A model generated the notes under the pieces. It was given only the letters and a program-made list of their open reading frames with translations. It was not told the DNA's origin and did no database searches. Position numbers and translations under genes: made by a program. A DNA stretch of 64,000 nt, taken from the NCBI GenBank assembly GCA_964016885.1, contig OZ024745.1, forward strand, positions 129,332,001 through 129,396,000, in the 5' to 3' direction. Shown one piece after another: positions 43,651-55,740 of this stretch. Origin of the DNA: Eledone cirrhosa (taxonomy: Eukaryota). How positions within the stretch are numbered: position 1 is the stretch's first letter; every line of letters starts with the position of its first letter.

Positions 43651-45301
43651 ATATAAATATATATATATATATATATTTTCCTCTCACTAAACTACCATTT
43701 TCAATGTCGCATCTCTTTGTTTCTTCAGCTTACCGATTTTCAAACTGCTGATTTAAGTAGAGTAGAGTGGCAATATTTAACCCCAAATTTTAGCAAACGC
43801 ATCAAATTCTGATTAGTCAAATGCATATAGAGATTGATTTGGATGTTGAGTAAAGTACTAGAATTCCTTTCATACAAACATCTATTTAATTACCACGCAG
43901 AAAGCAAGCGATATTTTCAACTATTCACGAACAAAATCAAAGTGATATTTATATATCTTTAGTATTATATGCATGAAATACATGTAAGGATTGAAATACA
44001 TGTAAGGCTATTATTAATAATGGTTTTGTGATAATGAATAAATGGATGTTTATTTTATCTATATGACTTACTTTCGGAAAATGATATTACAAATCTTCAT
44101 CCATGTACGAAAATAAACAGTTCTTCAATAAATAGCGATGGACGTGTCTACAAGAATGGAAATATTACCTGTTTTGTACATGACAATTAATAGACGAATG
44201 TCTTGTCACTGTTCAAACGTTTTAATAACAACCAATTTAATCTTTATGAACTGTTTACTAATCTGATTTTGATGTTTGGGAATAGTTTCGCTTCTTATAT
44301 TATTATGCTATTTCAATATTAACTGATAGCCTGATTAATTTATGTAATTAAAATATATACGTTTACGGGTGAAATAAATGTGATTATATATGTTATATGT
44401 TATACTAAACTGTCAAATTTAACGATGGTTTAATTAAGTAATATAAACGTTAAGTAATGTTAACGAATTTTTGAAGAATGTGCAGAAGTTATATCATGAT
44501 AGTCGAAAGTTTTAAATGAAAAGCTAGATTGTACTTTTCATTTTTAAGAACTTAAGAAGTAATTAAGCTAAAAGGAAAGCTAATGAACTTTAACGACTAG
44601 AGATTTGATGACACTAGCATTGAAAAGTGTGAAGACACTATCTTATGGTTTTCTATGTACAAAGAGAATAGCGTATACTACACCTAATTCTGCAAAGCTA
44701 GTTTAAAATGGACCCACCTTTAAACAATTCTGCCAGAAACAGTTGCACTTTTATTAACTTCATTAATTGGCTCCTAGAATCTATATGCGAAGTTGAAAAC
44801 ATTATATGTTTGATAACTGTATATCAATATTCCATCTGACTGTATATTATTCTCGCTTCTTATCCTACCACCCGCGAATAAGATCCGCAAACCCATACAT
44901 GCCGCAAAGATAAAATACAAGCAGTGATAATTCAAGTGTCTAAGTATATGAGATCTGAAGACAAAACTCATAGGGTACAAGTTAGAACATTCGATAAGAA
45001 ACCATATCATACACAGCCTGGAGAATGTGGGGCTATGCCAGGCTTAAAATGCCCAAGAATCACCGTATGTCAATGCAGTGCCCTTACGACTCCATCAGAA
45101 GTTATGGAACCATACCATCATTCACAAGCAATAAAGAATTAGTAATCTTTGTCAAAGGGTAAAAATCCAACTTTTTAATCGACTTTTTGCAAATTATCAA
45201 CATTATACATATATACATGTATAAGGTAAAAATGACAGCACATTGAAGCATTTTATCAAATCTAAAAATAATATAATATAATATAATATAAAACGCACTT
45301 A

Positions 45302-46120
45302 GGATGCCATCCAGTGCAGCCTAGCCTCAGACAGGCTCACGCGCCAGCTCGACTAGCCCCGCCTTGCTTGTTTCCGTGCGGCCTCCAAACTCCACAGTGG
45401 TGCCTGGCTCCATACCCTGCCCTCCTTCTCAACTGGCACGCAGCTAGACAACCATAGCCTGCGAATCGGCGTTTCCCTGAGGCTCGACCTCCGGATCTGC
45501 CAGCCAAACCAATGTCGCTGCGGTTCCACCGTGGACTCTTTTGGCCTCCACCCGCTTTCCTGTCACCACAGTGCCGGCCGCATTCCACGCCATACTGCCC
45601 TCAACGAGGTCATTAAGCACGGCTTGGACACTGCAGGCTTCCCTTCTCAGCTCGAGCCGGTGGGGCTGGATCGAGGGGACGGCAAAAGGCCAGATGGCAT
45701 GACCATCTTCCCGTTCCGCGGTGACAAACCCCTCGTCTGGGATGCAACTTGCACCGACACTTTCTGCAGCCGCAACTTGGTGCAGTCTGCAACTTACCCA
45801 GGTTCTGATGCACGTCGGGCTGAGGGGGCCAAACTCCTCAAATACCGGTCACTCTCCGACAGGTTTGCGGTCGTACCCCTGGCAGTGGAGACTTCTGGTG
45901 TTCTCGGCCCCAGGTCTACCTCCTTACTCACCACCATAGGCGCTGAGCTGGCCAGCCGCCGGTGTGAACCCCGCCAGTTGGAGTGGCTTTTCCAGCGCGT
46001 CTCCCTTGCCGTCCTCTGGAGAAACGTCTTCTCCATTCTGTCCGCCGGGGCTGTGGGTGGGCCCCATCGCGTACCGTTGTAGTTGTTGTATACAGATATT
46101 ATATTACGTTGTAGTAGAAG

Positions 46121-46125
<5 letters not shown>
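45302..46125 (+). mobile_element. CRE-clade non-LTR retrotransposon 3' fragment (restriction-like endonuclease)
   Basis: H..SC, RH..LN, KRPDG, WDAT, KLLKY, PLAVETSGVLGP, LFQRVSLAV in ORF 45531-46082. Confidence 0.85.
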
Positions 46126-46194
<69 letters not shown>

Positions 46195-46977
46195 GTCTTC
46201 AGTATTAGAATGACAATCAAGATCTAAAAATATTTATATCTGATCTAAAATATATTAAATAATAACGCTTATATGGATATAAAATGTAAAGTATATGCCA
46301 CTGTACATAATACATAATACATAATACATAATACATAATATCTATAGTATATGTCATAATACAAATTATATATATGGGTAAAGGTAAATACATCGCAAAG
46401 TGTGGATAAATGTAAAAATAATTAATAAATGGGAACAATTAATTGAAAAATTACACCGTGTAACAAAAAATGTTTTTTTCTCTGTTTCTGGCTTGTAATC
46501 ACTTTTTTGTGTTGCTTAGGTCCCAAATAAATAAAAAAGTGCTATTAAACAGTTAAAAGTTTGGGTTTGTAAACATTCTAAGCTATTTAATTCTAGTGAA
46601 TTATTTGTATGCTGGATTTTACGTTGTAGGTAAGTTTAATTTGCTTATATTAACTGATTTTTTAAATATATGTTTCAGGTTAAATTAAAATGATAAAATA
46701 AAGAGTAATGCCTAAAGAAAATTATAAAAGTGCAATAAAGTATAAAATTGTTAAAAAGTGGATTAAAGAGATTAATTGATACTGGATTTTCGCACCCTGA
46801 ATAAAGGGTAAGTTGTGTTTTAAGCATTCGTCTCCAGGATGAAGCAGTGGAACTTGGTCAAGGAGGAAGTGCAGGTGACAAGTCAGAGAAGTCGACACGA
46901 ACCTTTTCAGGCTTTTTCACTCTTAGGAATGGCCTCTGCTTCTGCCATGACGTGCCTGGACTGTTTGACGTTATTGG

Positions 46978-47907
46978 GTGCCGTTTGTGCCCAAGGAGTG
47001 GCGGCTATTTATAGACAGCTCCACCACAAGTTTGAAGGCTGTCCTCCTCCAAAATGGAAACAAGTTCCCGACACTGCCCCTAACCCATTCAGTCTGCCTG
47101 AAGGAAGATTACTATAGTGTGAAAGTCCTCTTGGAAGCTCTGCAATACAACCAGTACAATTGGGAAATCATTGGAGACTTCAAGATGGTGGCTTTCCTGC
47201 TTGGACTCCAAGGAGGCTTTATCAAATTCCAATACTTCCTTTGTCTTTGGGACAGCAGAGCCACCTCTGACCACTATAAAAGAAAGAACTGCGAGCAGCG
47301 AACAGAATTTGTAGTTGGGACCCGGAACGTCATGTGGAAGCCACAGGTTGATCCCAGGATTGTGCTTATGCCGCCACTGCACATTATGTTGGAGTTGATG
47401 AAGGAGTTTGTGAAGGCTCTCAACCAAGAATCAGCCGCTTTTAAGTAACTTCTTGAGTTCTTCCCCAAGTTATCTGACGCCAAAATCAAAGGTGGAATTT
47501 TTGTTGGACCTCAGATAAAGATGTTTGAGTCTACCGAGTTCTCTAATAAGCTCAATAAGATTGAGAGAACAGCATGGAACTGCTTCAAGGCAGTTGTTAA
47601 GGGCTTCCTGGGCAGCTACAGAGCTGAAAACTACCAGCAACTGGTGCAGGATCTGATAAAGGCTTTTGGCGCCATGGGATGCAGGATGTCGCTTAAACTC
47701 CATATGCTGGACGCTCACCTGGAAAAATTCAAGGACAATATGGGTGCCTACTCAGAAGAACAAGGCGAACGATTCCACCAAGATGTGAAAGAGATAGAGC
47801 CAAGGTACCAGGGCCACTACAATGAAAAAATGATGGGGGACTATATCTGGGGGCTAGTGCGGGAATGCGACCTGGACCACAAATCTAGGAAATCCAGTCA
47901 TTTCTGA
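46978..47907 (+). pseudogene. Chapaev3 transposase catalytic region with one in-frame stop (47446-47448)
   Basis: WRLFIDSS..SLKAVLL, GDFKMV..LLGLQGG, CLWDSRA, PPLHI, GIFVGPQI, SEEQGERFHQD. Confidence 0.87.
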
Positions 47908-48120
47908 CGTGTATAAGTTGCTTTATAAGTGTTATTTGTTTTTACTTGTTTGCTTTTGATAAGCTTGTGTAATAAAATAAATATATACTCTGTTGATTTA
48001 ATTATATGAACTGATAAATTAAAAAAAAATGTGTTTTTTCTTGGAAAATATGAAAATTTAGAAATATCAAACTCCTGACCACAAACCCAAACTTCTAATT
48101 AAATAATAGTGTTGTTTTAT

Positions 48121-48312
48121 AATAATTGTTTCTACTTTTTGGCACAAGGCCAGCAAATACCCAGTACATTACTGGTATTTTATTTTATCGACCCCGTAAG
48201 GATGAAAGGCAAAGTTGATCTCGGCGGGAATTTGAACTCAGACCGTAAAGGGACGTAACTATGCTGGAAAGCATGGCGTCCGACTCTCTACCGCTACTGC
48301 CAATCCACTATA
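48121..48312 (-). mobile_element. tRNA-derived SINE nested in the Chapaev3 element
   Basis: 7090-family sequence upstream of the right TIR. Confidence 0.88.
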
Positions 48313-48694
48313 ATAATGGGATATAACAAACCAGGAAATAACATTTAGAACCGGGGAAAAAAAATTTACACGGTGTTATTTAGCGAAGCAGGTATTGGCA
48401 TGGAGTTCATATAGGGTCGTGTAATGGGAAACATTACAAACTACATATGAAATATGATATAAATAAAAGTAAAAATGATGTGTCAAACAAGAGGGTGATT
48501 AGGCCACGTCAATTAATTTTTTCACAATACACTTAAGCTTAATATCCACGCATATATATATATACACATGAATAGGTTTTTTTAAACCAATTACTTAATT
48601 TTAATTAACTGTCTACATTATAATTAAAATTATTCACATTTCATAATTCTGTATAATGTTTTAATGTTTATTGATTTATTCTATTATTCTATTA

Positions 48695-49360
48695 TGTGTT
48701 CAAGCCGAGGGGCTGAGGCGATGCTGTGGCTCCGCCATCTATGCTACACTTTGTATAGCGAGCTTTTCGTTTGCTGCCCATTGATGCAAAAGGGAGTTTG
48801 TTGCCGCTGTTCTTATTTGTGCTTCACTTCGGGCTGGGGCTTCATCCGAGATCTTAGTCAGAAGAATCTCGAGATGTCTCTTGAAAATATCTACATGTGG
48901 ACCATGTAGATTTCTCAGATAGAATTTTTGACACCTTATTAAGAAGCTGGGATCCCTTGAACCCAAGCTATTGCAGTATGTGATCCTTATCGATGCGACA
49001 GATGGTAACTGTGGCACTACACAGCGGCGTCGTGTTCGTGGGTTTGTCCTACCCTCAATGTATATCAGTGAGTATCTCTCTGGTTTCCGCTCTAGGGAGT
49101 AAATCTTAGTTTCTTTAGCCTCTCCCAATGCTCATCTCTTTCATTGAGGCAATATCCGATATAACATAATTTTAATTATCTACCAGTGGTTCCCAGTTTT
49201 TATAATCTTTGTAAACTCTAGGTTTTATAATGCTTTACACCACGACGGATCGTCAAAAGCCCGTTTGAGGAATGGGCTCGCGAGGTGGGGTGGTTGTTGT
49301 AGTGGGTTCCGCGGGCTCATAGTCCTTCCTCTCATTTATGGCCCTTTCCTCTACTTTCTT
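48695..49360 (-). mobile_element. Decayed LINE 3' end, probably CR1/L2 group
   Basis: YSLERKPERYSLIYI, FKRHL..LL..I.DE, AATNSLLHQ resemble the post-RT C-terminus of CR1-like elements. Confidence 0.6.
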
Positions 49361-50018
49361 CAAATGTCCTATACAATCAGATCTTCACTTCTATACTCCT
49401 TCCCCACCTCTGTTCTTTGTTTTGTTCCGTTTTTATCCTTTTTTCGTTTTCTTTCATATTTCCATCAATATTTGCAATGTTATTGATACAGCTTTGAATT
49501 GATCTATTTTCTGTAATTTTATTAAAATGAAAAATATTATAATGATTGAATTTTATTAAAAGATTCCTTATCTGGCAAAAGAAAGACAACAAAATATTTA
49601 TGATATCCTTTAAGAGGTTTACCGTCCCGCCACGTTGGTTTTCGGCCAGGGACTAGCCAATGTAAAATACATCAAACAGTTGACACTGTGTGGCTTTCCG
49701 ACTGGCTGGAATGTGTCTCTGTTAAGCAACCCCTCCTGGCATTGTCAAGTGTATGGCACACGGAGGCGATCTGTGACGGAAGTCGCAATGACCGATGGAC
49801 CTCCCCCAAGTAAATTCTTTGTTTATGTTTTGTCATAAATTAGTAACTGATTACTTAATCTTTTATGTGAATAACATCTGATGACAGCACTATATGTCTT
49901 GCATCATGACCTGATGACGTACGTTTGTTGGCCATAGAAATATGTATCGTGATTTTTCAACATTAAATGACGATTTAGAATCCGGATTTCTTTTTTCCTT
50001 GAAGTATATATATTTGTA

Positions 50019-50066
<48 letters not shown>

Positions 50067-50068
<2 letters not shown>

Positions 50069-50609
50069 CTTAAGGTTTGTTGGTTCACCACTGGTTAGAA
50101 CTGTTCATTCCGTATGGTCAATCCTGGTGTAATATTGTGAAGAGTAGTCAACGCAGTGCAGTTCACCCATCTTCATTTGTGTAGTTGGTGGTGCGAATAC
50201 GGAGTTAATTATAAATGAAATAACAGTAGGCTGGACTGGTGTAAATCCTTGAAAGGTTTATTATACTATGATCATTTCAATGGCCGGGTTCCATATGAAT
50301 CCGGTCATATCATCAGGTATTGGAATATAACAAAGGAATATGTAAAAGGCCATGGGTCCGAAAAACCATGGGTCCGGGCGGTTGGCTGTGAAGCTAGTTG
50401 GTCAGCCGCCCTTTCTGTCCCTGGTTTCTCGGACCCATGGTTTTTCGTACCCATGGCCTTTTAAATATTCCTTTGTTATATTCCATATATATTCTTTGTT
50501 ATATTCTAATACCTGATGATATGACCGGATTCATATGGAACCCGGTCATTGAAATGATCATAGTATAAACCTTTCAAGGATTTACACTAGTCCAGCCTAC
50601 TGTTATTTC

Positions 50610-50617
<8 letters not shown>
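50067..50617. mobile_element. Family D fold-back element with two opposed hammerheads
   Basis: Tail 50067-50208, arms about 50209-50376 and 50430-50617, GC-rich hairpin spacer, TA flanks. Confidence 0.87.
50509..50566 (+). ncRNA. Minimal type I hammerhead ribozyme motif (family D); an antisense copy lies in the left arm
   Basis: atac-CTGATGA-t-atgaccgg...ccggtcat-t-GAAA-t-gatc-a-TA-gtat; palindromic GAUC loop. Confidence 0.83.
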
Positions 50618-50667
<50 letters not shown>

Positions 50668-50865
50668 TAGTGACAGAACAGACCTATTATGAACGACATT
50701 CTGTCATAACCATCCTATTGTAAATGATTATTTTCACTAATGTATTCCTTCTTCCTGTAACCCAGGAGAGTAGTATTTTAGGTAAATTTGACTGTTATTT
50801 CTAGCAGGTCAATCGAACATATGTTGAGATTCCCACGCTTTTTCCACTTTCATTATATTGCAGAG

Positions 50866-51046
50866 GGGGGATTGGCAGTATCGGTAGAGAGTCGGACGCC
50901 ATGCTTTGACGCATAGTTACGGCCCTTGCCATTCTGAGTTCAAATCCCGCCGAGGTTAACTTTGCCTTTCATCCTTACGGGGTCGATAAAATAAAGTACC
51001 AGTAATGCACTGGGTAATTACTGGCCTTGTGCCAAAAATAGAAACA
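50866..51046 (+). mobile_element. tRNA-derived SINE with 14-bp TSD
   Basis: attatattgcagag at 50852-50865 and 51047-51060. Confidence 0.9.
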
Positions 51047-51405
51047 ATTATATTGCAGAGCTGATATAAAATTGGTTTTGTTACTAATCAAAAGAAAACT
51101 TTATTCATATTAATTTTGTCTACACAATCTTAGAGGGGAAACTCTCTTTAACAAAAACCCCCTTTCTCTTTCAATGCCACAGCTATCGTCCCTCTCCCTA
51201 TTCCCTTTTATATTTCCACCACAATCTCCCATCAAAGATTTACAACAATTCTTCTGAGAAGCGAAACAATAAAAGAATTTGGCAGAAATGTAACATTAAT
51301 GGCGCTAAGATTAAAAGGATATTCCAAGAATTGCGTCTGTCAGTCGTCAAAATAGAATATTTCAATGTTGCAGCTGTTGTTGTTGCTGTTGTCATTGTCA
51401 TTAGT

Positions 51406-51464
<59 letters not shown>

Positions 51465-51545
51465 GGTGGTAGTAGTATTAATGGTAGTATTATTAGTGAT
51501 AGTAGTATTAGTGCTAGTAGTAGTAGTGGCAGTGGTGGTAATAAT

Positions 51546-52852
51546 GATTTCTTTATTAACCACAAGGGTTTACATAAAGTAGACATTAAGGACAGTGCAG
51601 GACAATGCAGGACGGTACAAATGGGCATTTCTGCGTGTAAAAAAACAAAAACAGAGGATGTAACAAAAATAACAATGAAAATAACAATGAAAAATTCCCC
51701 AATAGGGGGGAGACTTCGGAGGGACATTTGTGGAGAAAGCCCAGTAAAAAGCCACAATGGCCCTGACCACCAAGGCAAGTGCCCTCTCCCAGTTTTCCAC
51801 CTTTAATTTACAGATATATACTCAGAGTAGGCCCATTCACTCGGGCCATTCTTGCTTCTCTCACCCATCTTTCAACAAAATGCTGGGAAGAGAGCACTTC
51901 CCTCTCTACTCTGATTTTCCTTTTCAAATGAAATTTGAAAAAGTCAATCAGAGCATCACCGAAGAGGTAAGTGCTCGTCTTCAGCCCTTTCAAACGTGTC
52001 CACCATACTATCTCTTTCGCCATGGCCACCAGGCAGATAAAAACTGCCTGCCCTTCCCGGCTAAAGGAGGAGGGCGGGGCAATCCTCACGATGGACTCAG
52101 ATGATAGCCGGATCTGTCCTAAACGCGACAGCAGGTGTTCGACATAAACCCACAAGTCAGCAATTTTCGGACACTGGACGAGTGCGCGCAGGACGGTTTC
52201 ATCGCCCTGCGCGCATCTCGGACATGCCCGGCTGACGGCACCTCCATGCCTGTAGAGTTTATCCCGAACTGGCAAGGCTCCTCGGTAGCACTGCCAGGCC
52301 AGAGATATCTGGAAGTTGTCCATAGGCCCTGGCCCGAAAGTTCTTCCGAAGAGATTGGTTAGTTGATTTTCGTCGACGCCTAGAGTTTCCCCCAAGTACG
52401 TCGTCGCTCTTCCCCTCCACTAATCCTCTATAGAACGCCGAGGTGGAGTTTCCACCGATCACATTGCCCGATTGGTCGAGGGCTGTGAGCGCCTGAAGAC
52501 ATTCCAGTCTCCAGGCGCTCCCTCTCGGTCTTCGCTTGACCCAGGACTGCAGCTCCGTCAAGGAAACGAGCTGGGGAAATACGTGTCTAGCAAACGGCAA
52601 CCACACCTGATCACCGTCGAGGAAGAGGTGGAGATGTCGTAGCCTGAGCGCGTGTCTGCGCATCATCAGCCACGGCATGCCCAGCCCTCCACGTAGCGGG
52701 TGTTGACAACAGATAGACCGCCTGACCATCGGAGCGCGTCCCTTCCACAAAAAGCGAAAGAGCAAACGCTCCAGCGCAGTCAGACGAGGCTTAGGACAAG
52801 GTACGACGGTCAGGCGGTAGCAGATGACGGACGCGATGTACGCGTTAGCCAG
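51546..52852 (-). mobile_element. Tx1-like LINE 3' fragment
   Basis: ORF pieces homologous to 41250-42312 (GGLGMPWL, SLAWQCYRGALPVR, CPRC); lies between (TAG)-rich tracts. Confidence 0.9.
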
Positions 52853-53024
52853 GTGGTGGTAATAATAGTAGTATTAGTAGTAGTAGTAGTGGTGGTGGTG
52901 GTAATATTAGTAGCAGTAGTAGCAGTAGTAGTAGTATTAGTGGTAGTAGTATTACTGCTAGTAGTAGTAGTATTAGTATTAGTAGTAGTGCTCAATAAAG
53001 AAAGCAGCATTAGTAGTAGTGCTT

Positions 53025-53064
<40 letters not shown>

Positions 53065-53065
<1 letters not shown>

Positions 53066-54045
53066 GGCACCTAGAATGTTGCCAGGCACTCACTGCCCTC
53101 TACCAAGCGGACAATGCGATCAGTGGAACTTCCACTCTCGAGTTTTATAGAGGATTAGTGGTGGGCAAGTGCGATGACGCACTCGGAGAAGCTTTGGGCC
53201 TCGACGAAGTCGAACTGACCAGTCTGTACCGGAGGACTTTTGAGCCGGGGACGATGGACAATTTCCAGAAATCCCTCGCTTGGCAGTGCTACCGGGGGGC
53301 ACTGCCGGTTCGGGATAAACTCTACAGGCACGGAAGTGCTGTCAGACGGACCTGCCCAAGATGCGCACAGAACGACGAAACCGTTCTGCACGCACTTGTC
53401 CAATGTCCGTGCATTACTGACTTGTGGAGTTATGTCGAACAGCTACTGTCGCGTGTGGAACGAATCCAGTTATCGGCCGACTCCATAGTGAAGATCGAGC
53501 CGCCACCTTCCTTAGGTCAGGAAGAGCAGGACATTTCCCTCTGTCTGGTGGCAGTTGCGAAAGAGATTATATAGTGGACCAGGTTGAAAGGACTAAAGAC
53601 AGACACTTTTCTCTTCGGCCAATCCCTCATCAACTTCTTCAAGTTTCACCTGGAAAGGAAGGTGAGGGTGGAGAGAGAAGTGCTGCCCCCCAGTACATTT
53701 GCTAAAAGGTGGGTGAATGTGGCAAGAATGGCTCGTGTGAATGGGCCTACTCTGACCATGCGCCTATAGGCTAGCTAACTTGAGGAGAGGGGTGCTCTCC
53801 TGGGTGCCCTAGAAGCGCAGGGTGGTTCAGGATTGGTGGGGTACCCGAATCACCCCAGGGTCGTCCACCCCCTATCGGGGAATTTATTTTGTTATATTTT
53901 GCATAGTTTATTTTATATTTTATATTTTCATTGTTAAATTAGTCTTGCCATTGTGCACTTTTACTCGACCTTATTGTAATCCCCCACAGTCCCTGTCTTT
54001 GTATTGTCCCCTACATGTCGGCCCTTGTGGCTAATAAATGAAATC
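53065..54045 (+). mobile_element. Tx1-like LINE 3' fragment
   Basis: SLAWQCYRGALPVRDKLYRH, CPRC, RWVNVARMARVNG; (TAT)n on both sides. Confidence 0.9.
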
Positions 54046-54169
54046 ATTATTATTATTATTATTATTATTATTAGTAGTAGTAGTAGTAGTAGTAGTAGTT
54101 GTGGTGGTGGTAGTAGTAGTAGTAGTAGTTGTGATGGTAGTAGTAGTAGTAGTTGTGGTGGTGGTAGTT

Positions 54170-54225
<56 letters not shown>

Positions 54226-54253
54226 TATGGTGGTGGTAGTAGTAGTAGTAGTT

Positions 54254-54307
<54 letters not shown>

Positions 54308-54580
54308 ATAGTGGTGGTGGTGGTGGTGGTAGTAATAGTAGTGGTAGTAGTAGTAGTAGTGGTAGTAGTGGTAGTAGTAGTAGTAGTGGTAGAAGTAATA
54401 GTAGTAGTGGTGGTAGTAGTGGTAGTAGTAGTAGTAGTAGTGGTAGTAGTAGTAGTAGTGGTAGTAGTAGTAGTAGTGTTAGTAGTGGTAGTAGTAGTAG
54501 TGGTGGTAGTAGTGGTAGTAGTAGTAGTGTTAGTAGTGGTAGTAGTGTTAGTTGTGGTAGTAGTAGTAGTGGTAGTAGTG

Positions 54581-54622
<42 letters not shown>

Positions 54623-54865
54623 TCTGACGTTGTTGCTGTTGTCGTTGTTGTTGTTGTCGTCGTTGTTGTTGTTGTTTATTTGCTTATGTAGCTGCTTTTT
54701 TTTATTATTGTTGTTGCTGTTTGTGTTGCTGTTGAAATTTCTCATTGTTTTATTACATTAGTAATAATTATTGTCATTGTTTTTGTTGTTGTTACTGTTG
54801 TTGTTATTGTCGTTGTCGTCTTCGTCGTTGTTGTTGTTATTGTTTTTGTTGTTACTGTTGTTGTC
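54046..54865. repeat. (TAT)n, (AGT/GGT)n and (GTT)n trinucleotide arrays
   Basis: Direct inspection. Confidence 0.93.
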
Positions 54866-54950
54866 ATCGGCTTCGATTATGACGCTGGCTTAGCTGTAAG
54901 TTGATATAGCTGGCATTTCAATGATTGAAATGCTCAGGTGTGCAAATTAA

Positions 54951-55169
54951 CCTGTATCTAACCCCTGCCATACGACACAACACTCACACTACCATCAACA
55001 GTACTCCTGTATCTAACCCCTGCCATACGACACAACACTCACACTACCATCAACAGTACTCCTGTATCTAACTCCTGCCATACGACACAACACTCACACT
55101 ACCATCAACAGTACTCCTGTATCTAACTCCTGCCATACGACACAACACTCACACTACGATCAACAGTAC
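54951..55169. repeat. 55-bp tandem repeat x4
   Basis: cctgtatctaac.cctgccatacgacacaacactcacactac.atcaacagtac at 54951, 55006, 55061 and 55116. Confidence 0.95.
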
Positions 55170-55309
55170 GCTACAAACTGCAGCATCTAACTTTCTTCTT
55201 TATTCACAGATGTCAACAAGAAAACAAAAAATTAACAACGAAACATAACAAGACATAGTACTAATAAAAATTAAGAAATATACAATATTTCGTTATTGTT
55301 ATTATTATA

Positions 55310-55400
55310 AGGGCGGTGGATTTGCCATTCTGAGTTCAAATCCCGCAGAGGTTAACTTTAGCTTTCATCCTTACGGGGTCGATAAAATAAAGTACCAGTA
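55310..55400 (+). mobile_element. Internally deleted SINE
   Basis: gggcggtggatt joined to ctgagttcaaatcccgc...aagtaccagta. Confidence 0.8.
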
Positions 55401-55409
55401 CTATGCGCA

Positions 55410-55740
55410 TGTGATTAGAATGTCTTAGGAAAGAATCGCTGGACAGATTTGTAGCTCGGAGATTAAAGAATCACTCCATGTAGAGCCGCGCTACATTTCC
55501 AAATTGAGGGATCATATCTCCGATTCTATGGGCCTGTGCTTAGAATGTCTGAGGAAGAATCGCTGCACAGCAAAACCAACCGACAGGAGACCCAGAGGTG
55601 GAGCCCCGAGTAAGACGGTTGGATAACATCCACGAGCTTAGCTGGAATCGCTTGGGATCCAGCCGGATCAGTTGGAGACGCTTACTTCTGAAAGACCCGC
55701 TGAAAGAAGTGTTTGAAGACAATGTCCAATACTGATACAA
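55410..55740 (+). mobile_element. RTE-like LINE 3' fragment
   Basis: Similar to the reverse complement of 26690-26880 (ccaaattga...ctccgat.ctatgg...ttagaat...ccc.gaggt.ga...ttggataa). Confidence 0.6.

Larger units (their letters stand above)
46454..48375 (+). mobile_element. Chapaev3 DNA transposon, internally deleted
   Basis: Termini CACCGTGTAA...TTACACGGTG; 3-bp TSD tta at 46451-46453 and 48376-48378; transposase inside. Confidence 0.87.

Noticed and set aside
51546-54045. Single LINE with a twin-priming inversion
   Set aside because: Both pieces cover the same ORF region, are diverged and have their own 3' UTRs, so they are two insertions
54951-55169. CRISPR-like array
   Set aside because: Contiguous tandem units without unique spacers; eukaryotic context; no cas genes
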